Part shown: positions 54,801 through 64,000 of the stretch, piece after piece
Layout of the letters: each line of letters starts with the position of its first letter
Numbering within the stretch: position 1 is the stretch's first letter
From: Ptychomitrium polyphyllum
Lineage: Eukaryota
NCBI GenBank assembly: GCA_973851085.1
Contig: OZ316776.1
Location: forward strand, 2,790,001 to 2,854,000
Direction: 5' to 3'
DNA length: 64,000 nt
Translations under genes and position numbers: made by a program
The notes under the pieces: generated by a model
Told to the model about the DNA's origin: nothing
The model's database searches: none
The model's input: only the letters and a program-made list of their open reading frames with translations

Positions 54801-55677
54801 CTTTGAAGTTCTAAATCCTAATAATCTTGATCGTACATGTGTTATTTCTAATAATTTTTCATGTTAGTTTTAAGTTTGTTAAGCTAATTATGGTGATACT
54901 TTTAAAAAGATATATTTTATTAATTTTATTCTAAAGATTTAAAAACAACATAAAATCTTTTTCAATTGAATATAGCCTTGTTGGATCTTTACTCGCAATC
55001 AATCCATAAAGCTCAAAAATATAAGAATGTTCTAATGAATGTTTTAGCTAAAACTACACCATACATGCACCTACTATGGAAGTTTGAATTTTTTTGAAGA
55101 CTCTACATATCTTCTATGAACTTTCAAGTGCAAAATTGTATAAACACCTTGCAAATACAAAAATAAAATACTTAAAATTACAAAGTTAAAAAAAAAAACA
55201 ATTACAGCAGTATCATTTCATATGTATAATGACATTCTATGAGTTTCAAATTCATTACACATTTACATTGGAAATTTTGCAATGCTAAAAGTTGTGGTGT
55301 TTTAGACGCCATCTACTTTGGAAGCTCACACACAATGAAGCTTGAAGTCTAAATGAGATGTAGCAAATGAAGCAAATAATTCATGCTGGAAAAACAGATC
55401 CCAAATGTTTCCAGTCAGATAGCTGGGGTGTCAGGGTTGGGCAAAGTTTAATACTCCACTCCAGGAGCTTTCTAATCTTTATTTTTCTTGGAGGTACAAT
55501 GAAAGATTTATTTCTTGCAAAGGAGCACATTATTCTCACCCCAACTCTCGCTGATCAGCGCTTTTCCACACCCTGACACCCCTAATGACCCAACTGCTTA
55601 TCAGCCTCGTAATGGTCGCATGGAAGTTGGTTAAGTGCAGGCCCGAGGGCGGTGGGGCCAGGATGCGAAGACTCAGG

Positions 55678-55716
55678 CCAGAAAAGATAGAACCAGAAAA
55701 GATAGAACCAGAAAAG
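55678..55716. repeat. Short tandem repeat, about 2.6 x 15 bp (CCAGAAAAGATAGAA)
   Basis: ccagaaaagatagaa ccagaaaagatagaa ccagaaaag. Confidence 0.85.
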
Positions 55717-55769
55717 AGAAACCATGGACCAAGATCGGAAAGCTCCAACATGTTACAAACGAACAAAGA

Positions 55770-56060
55770 AACAAAGGGCCTGTACGTCCCCAGCAGGCCA
55801 AGCCCTCGGGCCTTGACTTCACAACGTTACGCAGCTCTGGCCCGAACCTGACCCGAACCTCCCCAAGACTCCGGGGTCTTCGCGAGGACGCGACTTCACC
55901 CGCGTGGGCTGTTGTCCTCCGTCGTGTCGTCTCTCCAAGAACAGCATCCTGGCGCGATGCCTGCGCTGCGGCGGGCCTGCTCTTTCCGTTAACGTGCTCT
56001 TGCCCAGCAGGGCCCGGGCTCTCCCAAGCTAGTATATATTCTTGCCCCCCTCTCCGTTCT
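55770..56060 (+). promoter_or_regulatory. Probable Pol II promoter of pri-MIR166
   Basis: A GC-rich island with GGGCC/GCCC motifs, then a TATA-like TATATATT at about 56033 followed by a pyrimidine-rich stretch, about 1.1 kb upstream of the hairpin. Confidence 0.5.
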
Positions 56061-59000
56061 CCTCATTAATAACTCACTTGTGTCGTAGAACTTTCTCCCT
56101 TAGTCTAGTAGTGCCACTGTTCTCTCGTTGTGCAGTGTGTACCCTTCTCCAGAGCTTAACTCCGTATTCAAGTGCTCGCCTTCGAGTATCTGATCACTCA
56201 TGTGCATGCCGATCGGGAATCAGATTCACTGGGACTCGTCGCGTGGCAGTGTTTTGCCTTGCGATCAACCTGTATTTTTCTTTTTCTGGCTCATTAGATG
56301 GGCTTGTGACGTCGGTGAGGCGTGGTGTGGTGCTTGTGGGCGGTCTGCCGAAGGACCGGGGCTAGCATGGCAATGGAGGTTAAAGGATGAGCCGAGACGG
56401 GTGGGTTCGGACTTCGATGTGCGTGCGAGGGAGAGTTGCAGGACAAGTAGCTGGCGGTTAGATCAGTAGTGTTTGAGAATTAAATAATATCTTTCTCGGT
56501 GGCCGAGAGCCAGTGAGCTCTTCGGCAGCTCTTGAGTGCCGACTGTTGTACTACCACTGTTAATGCTGCAGTAGCAGTGGTGGCTTTTTTGGTTGCTAGG
56601 TGCTTGGCGTTGTTGCACTTGGAAACAGAAAAACACATCCTTCTGGTGCTCCTGGTCTGACAGCAGTAGACTCTGCGTCTGCGCTTCTAGCCTCGGGAAG
56701 CGCGCTAGCGTGCTACGTCTTGATCACCACCTCTCTGTCTCAACCTAGTTGCGCAAGGACGAACGTAATCAGCCAGAGTGACTATCAAGAAATATGTTTT
56801 AGTAGTGCAGTCTGTCTGACTATTTCACGTACTCTTCTAGTGAAACTGCCGCTTGCGCTGCCTCGTTCACCGTCTTCTTCTTGCTCGTACCTTGGTGAGG
56901 ACGTTGAAGGCAAGAGTTGTTAGGCAGTTCTGTAAGTTCCTGTCACAACAGGTATAGGTAATAACTTCGTTATTGCGGCTTGGTACTGTCATCGTGTTCT
57001 CCCTGCTTCACTATGATTTTAGAGTCTGACCATTTCGTCACATCCGGCGAGAATCGCAGTTTCTACGGAGCCTTTGGCGAGTGGCAAACGATATCCTAAA
57101 GCTGAGCGTTGTGACTTTATAAATTATATCAGTGTAGAGAGTTGCTTGGAACTCAGTTATAGAGCCGGACGAAGGAGGAGTTGTAAACTTTGCTGTGAGG
57201 AATGCCGCGTGGACCGAAGCCATGTGGTTCGCCTCCACTGTAATACGTGGTTGTGGAGATCAGGCTTCGGACCAGGCTTCATTCCCCTCAGCACATTTAC
57301 ATTTTGGTGTTGACGGATCACGACGACGTGCTCTTCTTCGAAGTCAGCCTAATCGACCCTTCCTAAGGCAGATGAAGTGGTACCATGCCTTCAGCAACGT
57401 CTTATTTGAAAGTAGAGCGAGCTTCCGGCCGATCGCCCTGCTTTGATCAATAAAGGCAAGTTTCCAGAAATGATTGCATGTTGATAGGTGTTAATCCTAC
57501 ACACAATGCTTTTAATTCATAAATTGCATGCTCTTTATTTTATCATGTCCTACATGCTTTTGTTGAAAGATTAAATATTGCCAGTATTCTTGTGAACTGT
57601 CCAGTTCTTTTCTGACGTTTATGTGGGACAATAGTTACTTGTTTAACATGCCGTGTTGATGTTCACTAGCGATGACGATGAGAAAGTGAGTGTAGGCTTT
57701 GAATATCACTAGGCTTGTAAACGATGCCCACTTGAGAAGACCACTTCTGTCGCTCAAGCTTGCGGAGGGTGTGCTGTTGCTAATGAGTTCGTTGCTACGG
57801 AATTTTTAACACCTTCCAAAGGACCCTGTTTTTGGTGTTCCACTACACGTGGTCATTGCTGGATTAACATGCTGGCGAGTTTCCTACCTTTAGCTATCTG
57901 TAGCCATCCTCCGGTAATTTCTGTAATATTTATTTTTCTATTTGAATCTCCGTGATGTCTATGTATTCAGTGACGAGTCACTCGGTTTGGTTGCTTTATG
58001 ACTAACAACCTTTTACGAGTGCTTTAATTTTTATTAAAGCAGGTTACTTGTAATCAGGGCCTGGAGCCAGTGTTCAACTGAACCTGTCATTGTGCTAAAT
58101 GATCAGGTGATCTTTGAATAACCCGACGTTATTTTTTATAGAGGTTGTGTATGATAATGTTCTAAAATTCTTCATGAATGCTTCTTTAAGACAGCAAGTT
58201 CTGGTGTGCAGCTTGCAATACTGCGCCATGCATCATCCAGTTTTGCACCAAAAGTCGGTGTCAGATTCTGGTTTCCAGGGCATAGAATACTAGTGTACAT
58301 GCTTGCAGTTTTGTTGTGTGCCATACTCCTTGCCATCTAGCATGGTGTACTAGTGGAAAGTGTACATCATTTCCAGAACTGCTACCTTTTTGTTCATTAT
58401 TTCTTTTCTCCCTTTTCACCTTTTTCGGCTTTCTTTCGGTTCGGTTTAGTTTGCGTATCGGATGTAATTTATCTGTTTCTTTTGGCGGACTGGTGCCTTC
58501 CAGAGCTCGTTGAACGAGCTTCTGAAGTGTACATGAGGTGTTATCCTCATCTGATGCCAAGGCTCCTACAATTTAAGCGAAGCCTTGAACTACAGGTATG
58601 GACAATGGGCGGTCTTAATTTCCGTGTCTTTTAAACTTGTATCATCTTGAATTCTCTTAATTAGCTTACAGTCTGCTGTTGACTCTTGTAACGTACTTGG
58701 AATATCACATTCGGACAGCTAATTTCCTGCAGTACGGACGTTCTATCCCCATTCTAACTGTATAGATAAGCTCTCGGTGGATAGCTCTTACTTGTACAGA
58801 GCCCTGTTGCTTCAAGGTCTCCTCAGTTTTGTGTCATATCCAAGCGATGAATCATTTCAAATTCACCCTCGTCTGTATTTTTGGTACAGGGGACTAAGTT
58901 ACTTCACCTTTGATCGTCAGCTTGGTTTCCCAAGTGGGAGTACTGAAGACCTATTTGAGCAAGGATGTTTCACTTAACTATACATTTGTACTAGCATACT

Positions 59001-59350
59001 TTGCTGTACTTGATCTACACGATAATGTGCCATTAGCAAGGTGTAGTGAGGATCCTGGCTTGAGATTTTGCCTTTGTCTTATAAACAGTTTCTCATTAAT
59101 AAAGCCCAGCAGTTGAAACCTTCAACTGACTGAGATCTTGTCTTCAGGGAAGACCTTGGAAAGATCATGTTTGGAAACACAAGGTGATACTTTTTCTTTA
59201 TCGCCACTTCTTTGTCGGTAGAGGAAAACCGTTGCAACTAACCCCAGCTTCAAGAAACCAATGGTATGAGATTTCCCAGTGAGGTTCTGACATCATGGCA
59301 GCTTGACTTGATACCCTACTCAGTCATCGGAGTACAGTCAGGACTTGGTA
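56060..59350 (+). ncRNA. Probable multi-exon pri-miR166 host transcript (extent approximate)
   Basis: A series of plus-strand consensus splice sites with no recognisable protein. Donors: T|GTAAGT about 56932, AAG|GCAAGT 57456, CCG|GTAATT about 57914, CAG|GTGATC about 58107, CAG|GTATGG about 58596, TTG|GTAAGT about 59348. Acceptors near 56599, 57022, 57669, 58042, 58503, 58889 and 59147. Confidence 0.5.
57183..57300 (+). ncRNA. MIR166: MIR166 precursor hairpin (mature miR166 57267-57287; predicted miR166* 57199-57219)
   Basis: Contains the exact canonical mature sequence UCGGACCAGGCUUCAUUCCCC. The 5' arm 57191-57221 pairs with the 3' arm 57263-57293 at 25 of 31 positions without bulges. The predicted star is GGAAUGCCGCGUGGACCGAAG. 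The loop has a CUCCAC/GUGGAG stem and the base closes with GUAAA/UUUAC. Confidence 0.96.
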
Positions 59351-62300
59351 AGTACTTCTCACTCAAATACATTTTAAACAGTTGTAATCAATATCATAGC
59401 GTCTACATTTGCCAAAGTTGAAATAACTTGACTGAAATTTATTGCTAATAATTATGTTTATTTTTCTTTTCCTTTGTTTAATAATAAAAAATGTCTATAC
59501 TCTATGATTGCATTTTGGAAAGTTTATTGGATTGATTTTGCGTCCCTGATGTAGCGTCTCATAGTCGTGGATTATCATAACTATAGTTTCTTATAACTAG
59601 TCACAAATCACATTTGGCATAATAATGTGTGGGTGCCATTTATTTGTTTGCTTAAAACAGTTTTTGATATGAGTCCCGTTACTGTGCGGCAGTGTGCACT
59701 ATAGTGGCCATTGAAAAAGAACTGGACGCTGGATGCTGACGGTACATGCCCTGTTTTATGGTTTGTTTTGACATTGGTTAAGTTTCATGGAGCCCAGTTT
59801 CTTCGGGAGTTTGAGTTTCTAGTTTGAGTACACTGCACATCGACAATACGTGTTTGACCAGCTGGTTTCTTTGTGGACCATGGGAGAGCGAATGCAGTGA
59901 ATGGTTGCCTTTGACCAGTATTTTCGGCAAGATCAGTATTATGCACAAAACTTTCAGTCTTCAGGCACAATTACAGTACCTGTTTGCAAATGTTTCTCTG
60001 AATCTTATCTTGAAGCCCTTTGGTTGCCCATGTACTAAGTATTCTGTGAACGAGCCCCAGGGTCATAAAGTGAAAGTTTTCCGAACAGAATTAGAAACTG
60101 TACGACTCTCATGATAGACTTGGCTGAAAAGTCACGCACAGGGCGCTCTCCACTTAATTGCATAGACGCGAATTCCCCCTCTTCAGAGCTTGCCGACATC
60201 GTCGTGGCAATAATAGAAAATGAAGATTTCTCGATCACTAATCCTTTTAATTTTAACTTTTGTGTTTTCTTTTGCATTTGTTGCCGTGCCTGACAAAAGC
60301 TGTTCAAGTGTTCTCAAGTGAATGTAGGTTTGCAATTCACTGGAGTTACAAACAAAGGTACTCGTAGCTGTTGAGGTGCAGGGTCCGTGACGAAGCGCTT
60401 TGTGTTGCTATATTTTTTCTAAAAAAATAGAAGGAAGGGGTTTTAATTAGTGGAAGGGATTATTCAATCGATTAATTTTTTCAGGTTTGCACGTTTGCAA
60501 TACGTGCAAGCAGTCAATGATAAATTTAGTTTCGTTATTCTCACTTGTAGGGTTCCTGATCCTGTGAATTTATGTTAACGTTTTATAATGCATGCTTTCA
60601 CCATGAAATCTGATGCAGTCTCGCCGTGTAACTATTATTCTATGTTGATGTCTGCTCTTACTTTTGGAATTGGCAAAGTGGATTACATGAATTTGTGTAA
60701 TAGTTCTTAACTTTTATTAATGTTTTTTATCTCAAAGTTGTATGATACTAGCTTGAATGCTTGTTAAACATAGTTTGTCATGGCGTGCTTCGTGCAAGAT
60801 TACATGCATCGTCCAGCCATGCACCAAATTTAGTCCTTGTCAGGCTCTGGTTTCAGTCCAGTTCCAGGACAGAATATACCAGTGGACACATTGGCAGTTC
60901 TGTTGCGTGCTATACATTTTGTCATCTTTCTTGGTACACTGAAATGATCCTTTTTTTGCGCTATCACTATTATTTTAACACTTTCTGTTTCCTCATACTC
61001 CATGCCATGGAAGGTGTACGGACAGATGGACAAGCAAGTAGAATGTACTTATTTCACTATAGACTATGGCTATGCTGAATATACGACTTCCCGAACTTTT
61101 GCACAAAGAATTATCCCATTGGCATACCTTTCGCGTAGACTATGTAGCTGATGATTTGCAATTTTATTAAATAAGAGTATACGAACTGAGGTAAATAGCA
61201 CCTTAAAAGTTTTGGACCTTAACTCGGTACAATCCACATCATTCTGCGACCACTCTGGTTGCAAACCAAACTTCAAAAAACTCAGGTAGTTTATATATCA
61301 ATTTGGTCTGTGATATCTAGAGCTGCTATTTTTTGTAAGACATTTAAAAATCCATCTGTTGCAAGCAAACTTGCGTCTTGGCAGGCTTAGAATCAGATTC
61401 TGAAGTATAATTCAAACATGAGCCCATATATCAAATAAGCTTCAATTGATGTGTAACCAACATAAACTACACCAAGTAGATTTTACCTCAGATCGGTCGG
61501 TTTCAGACGTGCTCCAGCCTATCTATTCCTGAGTACAATTGCGAGAACAAATTGGTTCAACTCGGCTGTGTCCAGAGCTGCTAAATACTAAAAGAGCTCC
61601 CTGTACAGCGCATTTGAATCGCAAAATTGATTAATTGTTAGTGTTTTTTTCACTTAATCTTGTCCCTGAAAATATTGATGGTCTGCTAGAACTTACATAA
61701 TATCAATGCTTACTTTCTGATTCCATTTCCACATTAAATTCCAAGAATGAATTAATTACTCTATTATGCCAGATGTCAGATGCAAATTCAACCTTGCCTG
61801 TATTTATTGTAGCAAATTCCGTTGTCAGCTTCTGCTTCATGACACCTGTAAAAAAAGTGTCTCTTTCAGTTGCTCACAGTGGCGTCGGAGTTAGCGGGGA
61901 AATCTGTCAACAGTACAAGGGCCACCACAACGGAATTAGACACCAATGCATTTCTATGCCCCGTTTGCAGCGATCGAGAGCATCAGTCTATCAGACCAGG
62001 GCTAGGCACTCCGATTGCACTTCTCAAGTTCTCAATTCTATTCCGGCCTTGTTCGTCTTGAGTTTAAGTGTAGCAGTGCGTGTCAAAGTCAATTGCATAG
62101 AATCTTTTGTAAACTGATGATTCTCAAGTCTTGGTAGCCAATAATGCAAAAGTAGGTATTCGTGGACTTAAGTGAAGGTGATATTCCATGTGAAGGTATG
62201 CTCTGCCTTAGCTGGCGCGTATTTCCAAATCTAAGCGTGCGTTCCCCGCTCGTTGCCCTGTCAAATCAGCTCCTGCAGCACATCTTTAGAAAGATTTACT

Positions 62301-63657
62301 CACAATAGCCCAGTAGGAGCTAGCTGGAAAAATCATCACATGTATTATCCTTTAAGCAGCAGCTTGTCGACAGAAAGGGAACTGGCTTTACAGTTTTACA
62401 AGTTATACGATTATACAGAGCTGCACAGGAAGCTGCTTCTCAAGAGCTTTCGAGAAGCAGCCTTACCGTACTGCTATAAAATCATCGCTGACCAAATTCT
62501 AGTTGTTACAATGTCACAGTAAACACAATACAGTATTTCTAAACAAAAATCGACGCTTGAATAATTTCTTCTAGAGAAAAGAATTGAATACGTTGGCACG
62601 AATAATTGCTGATGGACAGGATTACAGTGAGCTTGAGAAACAGTTGGGTTTGTCGTTCGATTTGAGGCCTTTGACAATGAATTCCCTGAGCAATCAATCA
62701 ATGGCCGGTGGCGTCCTATTGAGTCTGCAACAAGGCACATGAGCAAATACTGTCTGAAAGCTATAGCTCCCTGAATATGCTCGAGTGATATTCAGACAGA
62801 CACACCTGGTCCGACAAGACACATTTGGACACAAAAGCAATATCCATTATTCCTTCGCTTCCCTGTTGACCAGGCAATTATGGAATGCAATAGTTGTGAA
62901 TCACACAAGAAATAATTTGTAAAGATTGCTACTCTTCCATTAATGTACGTACGGCAGTGCCCACTGCTCACCACAACGACGTTGGTCGTGCTCGCATACA
63001 CAACTGTTCACGGTGGCATATTCGTCAGTGATGTCCACCTCTTCCCACTTCGGAATCAACCTTCTTTTAACATTGCTACCATATAGATAACCACAGAAAA
63101 ATAAAGATCGTGCACAATATCGCCACAATCAATGGCGACCTGAACATGTTACCAGTCACAGCATGCATTAGAACTAGTTAGCTGTGACATGAAGAATATC
63201 TGCAAAGATTGTACCGTGTGATGATCGACACCATAGCTCATTCAAACAGTCCGCTCCATGTGTACGCATGCAGCTGTTCTGATCGAGAACAACAGTACGT
63301 CAGTCTCTGAAATTAGTTCATCGCCTATCAGTACGTTTTTTTTGAAGTTTTTTCTCGACGTGACACTCACCGAGTCTCTCGCCAGCTGAGGTAACCTTCG
63401 AAATGACGAATTCACCAACGTATTGAAGATCGAGGTGACCAACGAGCTGCTGCATTGAGGCAAGTCAGTTGTGGCCCGTGAATGGCCGCTGCGAAAACCG
63501 TCAGAAACGAGTAGAGCTGATCATTTATCCCGTGACACCCCTGAATGCTCATTCAGCTCCTCGACATGCTGCCAGAGGTGTCCCATCGACAAGACCCACC
63601 CCAGCAGCCTCCAGCCTGCAACGACAGGCAACTGCAGCACGATGCGACCTCCCAGCC

Positions 63658-63756
63658 CCCTGCTGGGAACCCAGAGAACGTCGCCCTGCTGGGAACCCAG
63701 AGAACGTCGCCCTGCTGGGAACCCAGAGAACCGCGCCCTGCTGGGAACCCAGAGAA
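63658..63756. repeat. Minisatellite, about 3.8 x 26 bp (CCCTGCTGGGAACCCAGAGAACGTCG)
   Basis: Copies at 63658-63683, 63684-63709, 63710-63735 (variant) and 63736-63756 (partial). Each contains the inverted repeat CTGGG-AA-CCCAG. Confidence 0.93.
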
Positions 63757-64000
63757 TCAGGATGGGAACTCCGAGCTCCTTTCCTTCTTCATGAATTTTT
63801 AAAAAAAATGATTGAACAAAGAGTGATGTTAGCTGGTTTCACGACATGGTTCACTTCATATGGTTTGGACTTTTATAAGGCTATCAATACAAAAGCCTTA
63901 CAAAAGTCTTATAATATTGATTAGAAATCACTTCCAAATGTACAAATGACATATACATGTTTTGGAAAAGTAAATTTAAAAAGATGACACTTGTGTATTT

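Noticed and set aside
57074..57446. ORFs of 79 and 83 aa overlapping 57.1-57.4 kb
   Set aside because: They use non-ATG starts, have no recognisable domain, and are explained by the MIR166 hairpin.
57821..57900. KDPVFGVPLHVV resembling a RhoGAP N-terminal motif
   Set aside because: An in-frame stop follows and there is no downstream RhoGAP similarity.
63658..63756. CRISPR-like palindromic repeat array
   Set aside because: Copies are head-to-tail with no unique spacers, there are no cas genes, and the context is eukaryotic. It is a minisatellite.

Overview
Eukaryotic land-plant genomic DNA. The intron style, gene content and AT-rich decayed intergenic DNA look moss/bryophyte-like, but the species is not determined. 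The left half (1-32.6 kb) holds five intron-rich genes that I reconstructed exon by exon: the 3' part of a SEC24A-type COPII coat gene (+), a mitochondrial-type ClpX (-), the U11/U12 snRNP 48-kDa protein SNRNP48 (-), a five-KH-domain RNA-binding protein (+) and thylakoid-lumen FKBP16-4 (+). The region 33-55 kb is AT-rich and gene-free, with decayed coding or TE relics including a LINE RT fragment. At 57.2 kb there is a canonical MIR166 hairpin inside a probably multi-exon pri-miRNA. The most interesting signals concern RNA processing: (i) a tandem pair of U12-type 5' splice-site motifs (USSE-like) in the SNRNP48 3' UTR, lying between two competing 3' splice sites; (ii) a probable dual-coding exon in the KH gene, whose 12-bp repeat varies synonymously only in the alternative (EPRY)n frame reached by skipping an 80-nt exon; (iii) a degenerate U12-type intron in SEC24 and a GC-AG intron in ClpX. 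All family assignments come from recalled motifs, not from database searches.
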